Below, in pieces: positions 1-11,965 of a stretch of 64,000 bases of DNA (the first letter of the stretch is position 1; each line of letters starts with the position of its first letter). Both the position numbers and the translations under genes were made by a program. A model generated the notes under the pieces. The model did not search any database. It worked only from the letters and a program-made list of their open reading frames with translations, and was not told where the DNA came from. Source of the stretch: Eledone cirrhosa (taxonomy: Eukaryota); NCBI GenBank assembly GCA_964016885.1, contig OZ024743.1, positions 335,606,001 to 335,670,000 of the forward strand, read 5' to 3'.

Positions 1-28
1 GAAAAAAAGAATTAATTGGGTCACGAAA

Positions 29-250
29 AGCGGTGGATTGGCAGTATCGGTAGATGGTCGGACGCCATGCTTTGCAGCATCGAGTTACGGCCCTATATGA
101 TCTGAGTTCAAATCCCGGCGAGGTTAACTTTGCCTATTATCCTTACGGGCTCGATAAAATAAAGTACCAGTCAAATACTGGGGTCGCTTTAATCGACTTT
201 CCCCGCCCCCCACATTTGCTGGCCTTGTGCCTATATAAGAAACCATTATT
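29..250 (+). mobile_element. tRNA-derived SINE, family A
   Basis: A-box-like GGTGGATTGGCAG near 32 and B-box GAGTTCAAATCCC at 104-116, with an A/T-rich tail. Homologous to the minus-strand copies at 11966-12150 and 28486-28670. Confidence 0.8.
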
Positions 251-340
251 TGTGATACGACAGTACTTCTCTCGACAGACACAAGACTTAGTAACTATTG
301 AGTCGTCAAGTATAGAATTTATAGTGAGGCTTATGGTCAA

Positions 341-832
341 TTGTTTATTAAGATGGTAGAAAAGCCAGGAATCACCATAAAATCCCTGATCAGCAAAACC
401 TACCCTTTTAAGAAAACCCACTGTACTAATAGGAAATGTATCATATGTAAAGTAAACCCCCGGATAAACTGTAAAAGTAAAACTAGAAACGTAGTCTATA
501 GCATAAGATGTACAGAGGGTACTTGCAGAAACATGACAACAACATACATAGGCGAGACAGCTCGTAGCATAGGTGAAAGGATAGACCAACACTGGGGGGA
601 ACTAAAAGGACGAAAAAACGGGCCAGTACTATACGAACATGCCAGACAACAACACGACGGTAACATAGACAACATAGAAATTAGAATAATATCTAAACAT
701 AGAAATGACCCAGCAGATAGGCAAATCAGAGAGGCCAGTGAAATAGAACTTAGAAGGCCAAGGCTAAACAGAAAGAATGAATGGAATAACAACAACACCC
801 AAACAAACAACACTGACCTAAGAGAAGTATAA
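341..832 (+). pseudogene. 3' part of a Penelope-like element ORF: Cys-rich linker plus GIY-YIG endonuclease, RT domain missing
   Basis: CTNRKCIICK..C linker, VVYSIRC..C...YIGETAR (GIY-YIG), ER...H, L..H and RQIREA..I....PRLN motifs typical of PLE endonucleases. Confidence 0.85.
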
Positions 833-1340
833 ATAAATAAATAGATAAATAAATAAATAAATACATACACATGCACAATAACAACAAACACATATAAACA
901 CACATTAGTAAAGATAGAATACATTAACCAATACACAGTCACCCAATCACGAACACACATGAAACAAAACAGTATGCACACACGTAAACGCATGCGCAAA
1001 GAAGACAAAATAAAATAAACAAATAAATAAATATATAAACAGACTAAATAAAGATGGCGTAGAAAATACAATGTAACGGGAAGAAACAATAGCACCACTG
1101 ACGATGTTGCAGATGTGCAACGAAAGAACTTTGATAAACTATATATATATGATTGTATCTATATTGTATCTGTATTATTTTTGACCGCTGGTCAGTCAAT
1201 GGCAACATTGAGGACCGAATAAATTAGATTACCGATATAAAAGACACAGAAGCGAAAAGCGAAAACCAACCAAACAGTGAAGTGTGTTCTGTTATTAATT
1301 CTGGCAATATTACACAAATATGACCCTCCCCAAGTATAAC
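352..1340 (+). mobile_element. 5'-truncated Penelope-like retroelement (endonuclease, 3' UTR/pLTR with HHR)
   Basis: GIY-YIG remnant, HHR at 1094-1135, and terminus ATGACCCTCCCCAAGTATAAC shared with the element at 5107-6190, followed by (TA)n. Confidence 0.8.
1094..1135 (+). ncRNA. Minimal type I hammerhead ribozyme in PLE pLTR (stem I imperfect)
   Basis: ACCA-CTGACGA-T-GTTGCA(GATG)TGCAAC-GAAA-G-AA-CTT|TGAT. Perfect 6-bp stem II; stem I has one mismatch. Confidence 0.7.
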
Positions 1341-1586
1341 AATATATATATTTGAAAAGAGGAAAAGAATGACTTCACTTCTAGTTCTAAACAATTTGAT
1401 TTAATTTTATAATATAATATTACGAGTTGGTAGATCTAGTAAGTTGTTTGTTAACTTCGGTGGGAAGATGTTTCAAGATTCCTGGTTGACTTTCATGGAA
1501 AACTTTCTCGTATTCGTCGGCGGCGATTGTCAATCTGAGATCAGGTTGTGTTGTGATGTTTGTGTGGGTGTATAGAGAGAGATTTG

Positions 1587-1700
<114 letters not shown>

Positions 1701-2160
1701 AAATACTTTTATTAAAATGCTATTGAAGTGTGATTACATTTTTGGGGGACACCCTGTATATATATTACATTCACACAAACAAACACACATAACAAAAGAG
1801 ACAGGTTTTGTTTCCGATTCATTTTCAGTATCTTTTCTTGTCAGGAAATTCGGTTTTCCAACGTTTTATGAAATATGAACTTATTAATCAGGTCCTTTTG
1901 TGTAGAGAAATTACTTTCTGTAACAACTCGTTCATACCTGCTCCAGGAACGGATCTCCGTCTGTTGTGAAGATGTGTGCTCCATTTGTTCGATAAATATA
2001 ACAGCGAACTCTTGAAATAAAGGTGTAAGTGATTCAAGAATTCCACAGGCACGTGTACCCTTAACGTAGATAATGAACATGGATATTAAGGGGCAATATT
2101 ACCAGGAATATTATGTTCCGGTCCGGTTTGTGTCTGCTACTGGTACCATGTAACACAGTA

Positions 2161-2569
2161 CACCCTGATCCATAGTCTAGTGGTCGGTGACTAAACCGGC
2201 TCCCTCACCAGACCCTTCTCTGGTTAGGTCAGGCTTCTGCCTGCTATTGTCACCATGTTATCCAGTACAACCTGCTTCATGGTCAACTGGTCTTCGACTA
2301 AACTGGCTCCCTCACCAGACCCTGGTTTGGTGAGAAGGGTAAGTGGAACTACAGCAGCAACAAATACAAGAGCTGTTAAGGGGTGGGTAAACTCCTTACC
2401 ATCCATCCAACTATGGGTTAAAAAGCCTCACCAACCCGTAATTAGCCAAGCATGGTGAGTACTGCTATACTTCTGATACCACCAAAACCGAACATAAAGT
2501 GGTGGAAGTCAACCAGGGAGGGGATCCTCCAACAGGAATGAGAACGGCCTGTGTGCGATTGGATTGAGG
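2161..2569. mobile_element. ~409-bp insertion of unknown family flanked by an 11-bp target-site duplication
   Basis: GTAACACAGTA at 2150-2160 and 2570-2580; internal ~28-bp direct repeat GACTAAACyGGCTCCCTCACCAGACCCT; higher GC than the flanks. Confidence 0.6.
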
Positions 2570-3066
2570 GTAACACAGTAAGTAATAAAGCTAGTCCATT
2601 GAATTATAGGTATAGTCCATCCGACAGAATTCCAAACAGTTTCACAAGGCATGGTTTAACTAGAAACTTTGGTAAATGACAGTCTTCCAAGATGCCACAC
2701 AATAGTATGAAACGTAGGACCTTATGATTGCGGAGAGAAATTCTTAACCATTCAACCATGCTGCCTCAACACACCTGCTCGTAAAATACTAATTCTCACA
2801 GAGAAACGGTGCTGTGTGCCTTTTAAATTTCTGTGCAGCCTTTCTTATATACTCTTCCATCTTTTCTTATCCAATAGAAAAGGCCTAGGCAAATAACTCA
2901 GGTACAGCATAGTGAGTTCTTTTAACACAATCTGTAACGTGAAAGAAAGTTAATGATTGATAAATCTATTTCATCCAGATACGTACATAATTTCATATCA
3001 TATTTAAATCGACTTATAACTATGGAAGGTGCATGACTTCGTGGTTATATCGTCTTCTTTATGAAT

Positions 3067-3205
3067 GCGCATGGTTTAGTGGTTAGAGCATTGGGATTGC
3101 AATCGAAAGGTTGTGAGTTCAATTCTCGGGCCGGGTGATGTGTTGTTTCCTTGAGCAAGACACTTTATTTCACGTTGCTCCAGTTTACTCAGCTGTAGAA
3201 ATGAG
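3067..3205 (+). mobile_element. tRNA-derived SINE, family B, with CORE-like domain
   Basis: A-box TGGTTTAGTGG and B-box GAGTTCAATTC, then CCTTGAGCAAGACACTTTA resembling the CORE-SINE domain. Confidence 0.75.
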
Positions 3206-3599
3206 ATGATAGGGACTGGGGTCCCTATCATTGAATTACCTAAGACACCTCCAAGGCCAACTAAACCTGCAGAGGTTTGAGCTGTTACACACATACACTT
3301 TATGAATGTATTTATGTATTTTTCGAACTATTGCACACATGCATACACCAACACATAGCCTTTAATCTTTTTATTCTATCATCAATAGCCTTATAGTAGG
3401 TAATTAATTTAATAAATATATTGAAGTAGCGATTTTGTTTTTATTTCATTACCTATTTGATCAGGATAAATCACTTACCCAAGGAATCATCATATCATCA
3501 TTATAATGAATATTGCGGCCCAATTATACGCCCGTATCTCTGGTCACATACGCTCATATATCTTCTTTTACCTACACGTTACACAACAGTTCCAGCATC

Positions 3600-3865
3600 A
3601 CAAAGTAATCATCAAGTAAACTCTGGCAGCTTGTCTTTGTCTTCCATCCTTTAAACATTTTTCTCTTTCCTCTTTTGATTCTTGGCCGCTTCGGGTTGCA
3701 TTTTGTTGCCGTAATTATTCTGACTGTTTTTTCTTTGCCTCTCGAGACTGATTGGCCTTGCGTACAGCAGCCCTCTTTCGGTCGCTTTCATGTCTCTGCT
3801 GTAGTTGTGCAGGGGCCTCCAGTGCCCTTGCTCTGGCTATCTGTATTTGCCTTTGCTGCTCTGTA
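3600..3865 (-). pseudogene. Possible decayed Helitron RepHel N-terminal charged repeat region
   Basis: TTEQQRQIQIARARALEAPAQLQQRHESDRKRAAVRKANQSRE, continuing past a stop; resembles the E/Q/R-rich repeats at the N-terminus of animal Helitron proteins. Confidence 0.35.
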
Positions 3866-4953
3866 GTGAGTGAATGAATAAGTGAGTGAGAGAGAGAAGA
3901 GTGAGAGAAGTTGCTCTCTTTCTTTTTTTCTGCCGTCACACATACAGACATATAGTCACACAAATACACGCATGTAAATTCACACAATCACACACATATA
4001 TTCACACGAACACTCACACATATACACTCACGCAGAGCGTGGAAAAGGTTGGAAGTCTGTTGGCTGTTTTTGTCGTAGTTCATTCACCACCCCTTCCTCT
4101 CTTTTACGCACACATACATTCAGACACATACATACATACTCACACAGGGGTGAAACCCTGTTTGATTAGTTTTTCGGCTCTCTTTGAATTACTTCTACTC
4201 CGATATTGTATGTGGGTGTATATATATATATATGTGTGTGTGTGTGTGGCGTGTGTGTGTGTGTATGTGTGTATGTATGAGTGTGTGTGTATGTACTTAT
4301 GCGTATGTGTATGCATGTATATCATAATATAATAAAGGAAGCAGTGCGAGACTGCGTCCTGAATATATTTTTTTTAGCCAGTTTGTAAAATAAGTTGGAT
4401 TACTTTGAATAAATAAAGAATGAATATAACATAATTTATGTAATAAATTTCGTAACTCTTCATTAAATATAAATCATTTTATTGCTTAATTCAAGATTCA
4501 ATTCTTTAAAAATTTCCAAATGTCAATACTTCCGGTTATGATATAATGGACTCTATAGGATATCGCTTATATAAACGTTCATATATTTGCATCGTTATAT
4601 CAAAACGTTTATAGTTCCGTCGCTAATTTTCTCCTTTTTCGTTTTCATAACATTTCACCGTAGTGCAGTTTATATATAATATCTTCTTTTTTAAAATGTA
4701 TCATGGATTACTTTACTGATTACAGTAGAAAGTGTAACAGTCTCTCTTCAATTTCTGTGCATATTCCCAATTACGATTTTATTTGACGTATCATATATCC
4801 ATGCATATATATTTACGTATAATATCAATATGCAAACTACACATGCTAGCAGAAAATCACCCGAGGTTGATTTTTCTGCTAGTGTATATAAGCATATGTA
4901 TGTGTGTTGTATATATATTTATACACATATATATATATATATGTACATGCGTG

Positions 4954-5022
<69 letters not shown>

Positions 5023-5257
5023 GTGTATGTATATATATATATATATTTCGTTTCTGAATTTGTTTAGCAAGATACTTTATCTGAAAACATGTGTTGAAAC
5101 CGATAGTGTTATACTTTGGGAGGGTCATGTTGCCAATAAGAAACACACGCACCAGTTTCTTTCACTTCAATGTTATTATAATAAATTTATAAATATAGGA
5201 ATTTATAAATTTCCGGTTGGTAGGTTGGTTCCACAACCAGGTCATTGTTTATATATT

Positions 5258-5300
5258 GTCAAAGTTCTTTCGTCATACATTCTGTGACCTCTTCAGTGAC
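5258..5300 (-). ncRNA. Minimal type I hammerhead ribozyme
   Basis: Minus strand GTCA-CTGAAGA-G-GTCA(CAGAATGTA)TGAC-GAAA-G-AA-CTT|TGAC; stems I and II pair; sense to the endonuclease ORF. Confidence 0.8.
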
Positions 5301-5503
5301 TGGGGATTCTTTTCTTTGTTTTTGTGCCTCTCCTTTGTTCTGTCCTACGCCATCTTGTTTTTGTGTGTGTGTGTTGTGTGCTTAGTTTTCGCATGTGTTA
5401 CATCCGGGTGTCTGTGTGTGTTTATATTCGTTTATGTATTTGTTTATTTACATGTTACTGGTTAGTTGTTTGTTCTATGTGCGTGTGTGTTTTCATTTTG
5501 TCC

Positions 5504-5833
5504 TTAATTGTAAGTTGTGATGTTGTTCCACTCATGTTTTCTATTTAATTTTGGTTGGAGTTCATTTATGTTTATTGCCTCTGTGATTTGTCTAAACATT
5601 GCGTCTTTTCTGTGTGTAGATTCTATTTTTATTTCTATGTTCTCTAATTTACCCTTATGTTCTATTTTAGCATGTTGGTAGAGTACAGATGATTCTTTAC
5701 TATCTTGAAGGTCTCGCCAGTGTTCATTTATCCGTTCCCCTACACTACGAGCTGTCTCACCTATGTACACTATATTTTTATCTCTACATTGTCCTTCATT
5801 ACATCTTATGCTATATACTACATTTCTAGTTTT
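5504..5833 (-). pseudogene. PLE GIY-YIG endonuclease remnant, second subfamily
   Basis: KTRNVVYSIRCNEGQCRDKNIVYIGETARSVGERINEH...FRQITEAININELQPKLNRKHEW, clearly paralogous to 341-832. Confidence 0.85.
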
Positions 5834-6002
5834 ATGTAACCAACCAGTAACATGTAAATAAACAAATAAATAAACGAATATAAACACACACAGACACCCG
5901 GGTGTAACACATGCGCAAACTAAGCACACAACACACACACAAAAACAAGATGGCGTAGGACAGAACAAAGGAGAGGCACAAAAACAAAGAAAAAAATTCC
6001 CA

Positions 6003-6045
6003 GTCACTGAAGAGGTCACATAATGTGTCACGAAAGAACTTTAAC
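6003..6045 (+). ncRNA. Hammerhead ribozyme in the inverted pLTR (partly decayed)
   Basis: GTCA-CTGAAGA-GGTCACATAATGTGTCAC-GAAA-GAACTT|TAAC; the 3' arm of stem I is intact (TGAC) in the duplicate at 22528-22570. Confidence 0.65.
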
Positions 6046-6186
6046 AATATATAAACAATCATCTGGTTGTGGAACCAACCAACCGGAAATTTATAAATTC
6101 CTAAATTTATGAATTTATTATAATAAATTGAAGTGAAACTGCTGGTGCGTGTGTTTCTTATTGGCAACATGACCCTCCCAAAGTAT

Positions 6187-6246
<60 letters not shown>

Positions 6247-6323
6247 CGAAGGAAGTGTGGTAAGTAATCAGGTGGACCATAACACACCAAAGTACTCGAT
6301 ACTGGGTAGTAGAGTGGGTAATG

Positions 6324-6443
6324 GGAAAAGAGTCAGAACCTCGACGGCAGAGCTCCAACTGTTTCGACAGCTAGGTCTCAACTCAGTTTAGACCTATCTG
6401 TCGAAACGGCTGGAGCACAGCCGTCGGGGTACCTGTCTCTTTT

Positions 6444-6445
<2 letters not shown>
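6324..6445. repeat. Imperfect ~55-bp-arm inverted repeat (fold-back)
   Basis: GGAAAAGAG...GTTTCGACAGCTAGGTCT pairs with AGACCTATCTGTCGAAAC...CTCTTTTCC across an 11-nt spacer. Confidence 0.85.
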
Positions 6446-6512
<67 letters not shown>

Positions 6513-6884
6513 GTAAGTATGTATACGTACATACATATATGTATACAGACAATATGTATACAGTTTTATGTATATATATACATACACACATATATATATG
6601 TACGTATGGGTTTACCAAACATTTATTATAATGTTCGGTTTGTTTGTCAACAAACAGCCCGTGTTAAGCCGTACAGTGTTCGGCAACCATCGTTGCCCTT
6701 TTGTTCAACACTGACAAAGGAACGATGAACTAGTTTCAAGCGTATTAGCTATCGTCAGCATTGTATACCAGCCTTTCAGATGATTGAACGTTTGAAATTA
6801 TATACTTTCCTTGTGTGTGTCCAAATATAAGATAACAAAACCATATATATATCCTGTTATATTTTCATTGTTTGAATCCTTATT

Positions 6885-7757
6885 TTTTTATGATTAAACG
6901 TGTTCCGTTGCATAGTTCTGGTGCATCCAGGTTTCTCGGCAGCATAACTGGCACACCAACCTTCAGTTTCAGATCTTGAGGAGGAAGTCCTGGAGGTAGT
7001 TGACTGTTGAGGAATTCAATTGGGTAGATGACGGCGTCGGCCGCGTTTTTATTGGTGTCAATCGATTGAAGGAGACTTCATTTCCGGGAATCTGATCGAG
7101 TAGATTTTGGTTCATCACGTCAACGGTTCATCACGTCAACAGTGGCATTGTGTGGTGCCAAAATAGCTCTCCCTTTCAGCTAGGTATGATCATGGAATCG
7201 TGATTCAAGGTCTGGAAATACAGATGACATTAATTCGTCAATGTTTGACACAAAGTTCCCAAAAGGCAAACGGATATGCTCTTCATCCACTCCAGGTGTA
7301 GTTCCATTACCAACTTCCAGTAGATTTTTAGACAAATCAATGGATTTTTGCGTCACCATGCACATGCATTCTCATGTTGGTAGTCAGATGTAGTTTGTGG
7401 ACATACTGCCATATGTAGGACGACTTGATGCATGCGTTCACTTCGTCAGCTCTAGTAGTGTCTCTAGTGATAACAGGAAGATTCTGTCGGAAATCGCCAA
7501 CCAGCAGTACTGTCGCTCCACCCATGACGCGTGAGTCCTGACGCAAGTCCTTGAGAGTTCGATTCAGAGCCTCAAAGGCCGCCTTGTGACTCGTGGTAGC
7601 CTCGTCCCATATGATCAGGTAACACTCAGAAAGAAGATGTGCGATCTATTCTACATGTAGGATTCTCCTTCTTTGCAATGTCCAAAGGCAATTTGAATGC
7701 GGAGTGTGCCGTACGACAGCCATGTAACAGTGTCGCCGCAATACCACTGGAGGCATA
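6885..7757 (-). pseudogene. Helitron PIF1-family helicase remnant (frameshifted, with stops)
   Basis: [87 protein letters not shown]...LCNGTRL motifs. Confidence 0.9.
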
Positions 7758-8486
7758 CTATAGAAGCAGTGTAAAATTATTTTAGGTTAAATATTGAACC
7801 ACTGAGAGCACGTAGTCGTTTCAATAAAAAGTTGCATTAAAAAAGGGCGGCACTGAATGTAAAATGCTAAGCTAAAAGCGAAAACCTAATGTCATTGTTT
7901 ACGTATAATGAATTGAAAATGCTTCACTATGAGATGGATATGAAAGTATTTTAGGTTAAATAGTATAGGGAGGTGTGTAGGATACATAATACATACATAC
8001 ATACACACACACAACGCTCAGCTTTATATAAGTATAGTGTGTATGTGTGTGTGTTATGCGAGCGACGACAGGTCAAAGATATATAACACGTTACTGAAAG
8101 TTAACTAAAGTTTGATGGTCCCTCTCTGTCTCTCTCTCTCTCTCAATATCTAACACTTTAATTGTATCTCTCTCTCTGTCTAACGGCCTATCTCTCTCTG
8201 CAGTGTTGTCATATAGGGAGTGAAGAGCGACAGAGAGATTAAAGCAGTTAAATTATAGAGAGGGGGAATGAGCTATTATAGAGAGAGGGAAGAGCGACGG
8301 AGAGAGTAATATCGATAGAAAAAGACCGTTTTGGGGCCCTAGAGACCGCATTTTTCAATGTAGAGAACCCCAAGTAAACCTGTCGCATCCTCGGCACCTT
8401 GTACATTAATGTGTAAATTTCCATGACAATCAGAGCATTGCTACTACCCATTTGCCTGTATCAGACAATTTTCGCCCATTTCACAT

Positions 8487-8534
<48 letters not shown>

Positions 8535-8554
8535 TACATATATATATATATGCA

Positions 8555-9690
8555 TACCCCCGGCCCTCCCCCAACTAACAATACTAACATGTCCAGCCCT
8601 CCCCCATACACACGCGCACCCCCCACAAACACACACACACCAGTACACTACACTCCCTCCTCCGTCCCCAACACCTTTTCTCTCTCTCTCCCTCTCCCCG
8701 CTCCACCTACACCCCTCCACACACACACATCCCACTAATACCTCTACTAATATACCCCCACCCCTCACATCTCCACTTTCCCCCTCTTTTCACACCTACC
8801 CATCCTCTCCCCTGTCCACCGCACCTCCGAACACACAGATACACAGTCCTCACCACATACAGACCATTCCTCCACCTGTCATCCTCCTCTATTGCTCTCT
8901 CTTCACCCTGCCTTGACCTTCTGACCACTTCCTGTTGCGTGCGCACCCCACATCTCTTCACTTCCGACCACCACAACTAACGGATTCCACACCACTGGTC
9001 ATCGTTCCAGCTATCCACTCCGTAACATGAAAAATATCCGGCACCCCATCGCACACTCCACGGAACTACCTTAGGAACTTACCCACAAACAAACACTCAC
9101 ATTTTTTTTCGAACCACGCCACCTACATCCACACCACGTATAAACATCAACACACACGTGCGCACCCCCACATATACACTCTCAGCCTCCGGAATCCACA
9201 CGCCCCACCCCCTCTGATCCCTCTCCATGCACACGCACGCACACAGCGACTTACACCCCACCCCACGCACACACCTTTAGCTGAACATGGAACCTCGTTC
9301 TACCCCCAACTCTTACATTCACATACACACACACACACATGTACACCTACACACATACAAAAACACCACCTTCAGCCCTCCCCGCTCGGACCCCCTGCTT
9401 CCCTCTCCCAACTACACCCGCCACCACCCCTACACGCCTCACACCCTTCCAGCACTTGTTTATTTTATGTTTATTTTTACTTTTATTTGTACTTCTTCAA
9501 TCGTTTTTCCTCCCTTCCCACCTTTTTCTAAATGTCTTTCCACCACTCCCCCACACATCCTCAGAACCCGCTTCCTACCCACTTTTCTCCTGATGAAGGG
9601 CTTATGCCCGAAACGCCCCCCTCTCAAAAGCGTGAATCTAATAAACTCTTATTTGTATTGCCTCTCTGTTTTTGTTCCCGTCTAAGTTTT
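8555..9690 (+). mobile_element. C/A-rich retroelement 3' region ending in an HHR core and AATAAA (PLE-like pLTR, family unassigned)
   Basis: Strong strand-biased composition, HHR core at 9590-9613, AATAAA at ~9640; begins after a (TA)n tract. Confidence 0.45.
9586..9616 (+). ncRNA. Hammerhead core, 3' half degenerate
   Basis: CTGATGA-A-GGGC(TTAT)GCCC-GAAA-CG; no clear NUH triplet or stem I partner downstream. Confidence 0.5.
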
Positions 9691-9757
9691 AACTATACAT
9701 ATATTCTGATACCATCAACACCATAAACATAGAGCTGGCATATCTAAGAACTGACTA

Positions 9758-9813
9758 ACTGCCTGATGAGGTCATATCCATTCAATGGCTATCATCGAAA
9801 TATATATAGCAGT
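9758..9813 (+). ncRNA. Complete minimal type I hammerhead ribozyme with palindromic stem III
   Basis: ACTGC-CTGATGA-GGT c ATA t CCAT(TCA)ATGG c TAT c ATC-GAAA-TATATAT-A|GCAGT; 5-bp stem I and AUA cleavage triplet. Confidence 0.8.
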
Positions 9814-9872
9814 AAATACAGGATTATGAGTTCATGCAATTGACTTATGTTTCGTCACCATATATATATATA

Positions 9873-10070
9873 CAGGGTGTTTCAAAAAAGTTAATATCAT
9901 TTGAGATGTAAATAACCCTGAAACTACAAGGTCTAGGTCAACGAGACAAAGCAGGCTCCAAGATTTATTCCACAAAACATGTCCACGTTATAACATTAAT
10001 TCACAATATATATTTCAATGTGACAACCTTTGGAACAGACCATTGATATCAAATTTTTTGAAACAATCTC
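9873..10070. mobile_element. Tc1/mariner-type MITE
   Basis: TA-CAGGGTGTTTCAAAAAAGTTAATATCA ... TGATATCAAATTTTTTGAAACA terminal inverted repeats; right tip eroded. Confidence 0.6.
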
Positions 10071-10235
10071 TCTCTCTATATATATGTGAAGTAATTCCGT
10101 CGGAAAGGTCCAGAAAAAAAGAGTGGTCTGCGTAGGTTACAGAGCTTAATAGTTATGTAATAATATTTATTACATAATAATTATTACATAACTATATATA
10201 TATATATATATAATTATAATATAATACTTATTACA

Positions 10236-10290
<55 letters not shown>

Positions 10291-10350
10291 CGTAAAATAA
10301 GAAAATTTAAAAAGAATTTTAAAAAATTAACTTACTTACTAAAATTTTCA

Positions 10351-10430
10351 CTCCAACTAATTAGTTTCTGCAATGGGATAAAGACAGTTACGTAATGAAC
10401 TGTTGAGAATTTCATTGCGTCATCAGGGAG
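10351..10430 (-). ncRNA. Type I hammerhead ribozyme (inverted copy)
   Basis: CTCC-CTGATGA-cGCAATG...CATTGCa-GAAA-CTAATTAG-TT|GGAG; stem III ACTAATTAGT is a perfect palindrome. Confidence 0.75.
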
Positions 10431-10978
10431 GTCTATTCTCAGCTAAGTCTCCAGGCAATGCGCGGACACTGGGGACTCATATAAAAATAATAATAATTCG
10501 GTAAATGGAACGTGAACATTTTAGTAAGTAAGTTAATTTTTTAAAATTTTTTTAAAATTTACTTATTTTACGTCTTTTATATTATTGTTCTGCATCCTCC
10601 TGCATTGAACCACCTAGGTACTATGACATAACCTGTGTATTTGCTGGCATTAGCGTACATCTGTGCGCATGTGTTAGTAGATATATTAAATTATCTATAT
10701 TTATCTCCAAATCACTGATTTGTCGAGCAAACCTGCCAAAACCACTACTAAATTTTTGGTGTGTTAGTAGGCGTCTGTCATCTTACCATCCCACTCCTAC
10801 CGACTAGCCTCAGTGTCACGTGATTGATTCTTTAGAATCGGCCATTTGACCAGTGGCAGCGAGATTTTCAGTGCTTGGAATCCAGTCCCCGATAGCTGTT
10901 CCATTTACCGAATTATTATTATTTTTATATGAGTCCCCAGTGTCCGCGCATTGCCTGGAGACTTAGCTGAGAATAGAC

Positions 10979-11058
10979 CTCCCTGATGACGCAATGAAAT
11001 TCTCAACAGTTCATTACGTAACTGTCTTTATCCCATTCCAGAAACTAATTAGTTGGAG
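10979..11058 (+). ncRNA. Type I hammerhead ribozyme
   Basis: Same fold as 10351-10430 with one extra stem II mismatch; predicted cleavage after GUU at 11054. Confidence 0.7.
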
Positions 11059-11239
11059 TGAAAATTTTAGTAAGTAAGTTAATTTTTTAAAATTTTTTAA
11101 ACATTTTCTTACTTTACGTCTTTTATATTATTGTTCTGCATCCTCCTGCATTGAACCACCTAGGTACTATGACATAACCTGTGTATTTGCTGGCATTAGC
11201 GTACATCTGTGCGCATGTGTTAGTAGATATATTAAATTA

Positions 11240-11358
<119 letters not shown>

Positions 11359-11965
11359 ATCACTATCCGTATGTGTGAAAGAAATAGGATATCAGTCCTC
11401 GTATAAGTGCCTGAAAGTGGGTCAGTTTTGATGTTGTCACGATCGAATAATCGCGATGAGGAGACTTAGAAGATCAGATGTCAGGATCGAATGCGATACA
11501 TGTTTAGGTACAGTTGGTATAGTAATTAGTAAAATCCCAACAAATTATCCACTCAATTTCGACTAGGAATAAAGAGTAGAAACTATTTAGCTGGGATGGA
11601 CGTTTCCAGTATCCTCCATTTTATTGCATGTGGGTATACCTTTATACTTCAGTTCCCACGGGTTTTGCTAAGGTGGTCGCTGTTTTCATTCTAAGCACCT
11701 CAGAGTGACTGAATAATTAGTCATGTGAATAATATATGTGCTTAAAGCTTTTTCTGCATTATACCCACATCATTTTTCTGCACACTGCTTGGCTGGTGTT
11801 CTCATGTGTAACTTCAGCTTCATATATTATCGACTTTGTTACAAACTTGCTGCAGACTCCATTCATCCTTTATCTCGTAAGAACATCCAGATTCTTCACT
11901 GGGTCTTGCAGTTATGATTGATTTCGTGGAAATGCTGTATGAATAACTGATCTTGTTATAATAAT

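Larger units (their letters stand above)
5107..6190 (-). mobile_element. Penelope-like element fragment flanked by inverted ~355-bp pLTRs
   Basis: 5107-5463 is the reverse complement of 5841-6190; each arm carries an HHR and the endonuclease remnant lies between them. Confidence 0.85.

Noticed and set aside
496-1098. 200-aa hydrophobic minus-strand ORF (also 16962-17564)
   Set aside because: Antisense shadow of the A-rich PLE endonuclease and 3' UTR; no recognisable motif.
1720-1759. Mariner-like terminus TTTTGGGGGACACCCTG-TA
   Set aside because: Only one end is visible; no partner TIR found, so no element can be delimited.
3067-3135. tRNA gene
   Set aside because: Has A and B boxes but no proper acceptor stem and continues into a SINE body.
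3206-3231. Perfect hairpin ATGATAGGGAC/GTCCCTATCAT as a terminator
   Set aside because: Eukaryotic context, no U-tract, and it lies at the 3' side of a SINE; no function supportable.
4140-5290. Short CVCV/YIYI/THTH ORFs here and throughout the window
   Set aside because: Dinucleotide microsatellite translations.
8060-8490. CT-rich then GA-rich segment resembling an inverted-repeat element
   Set aside because: Complementarity is low-complexity only; no defined termini or TSD could be supported.
11450-11495. GCGATGAG...GAA as a possible further hammerhead
   Set aside because: Core is not CUGANGA and there is no paired stem II followed by GAAA.
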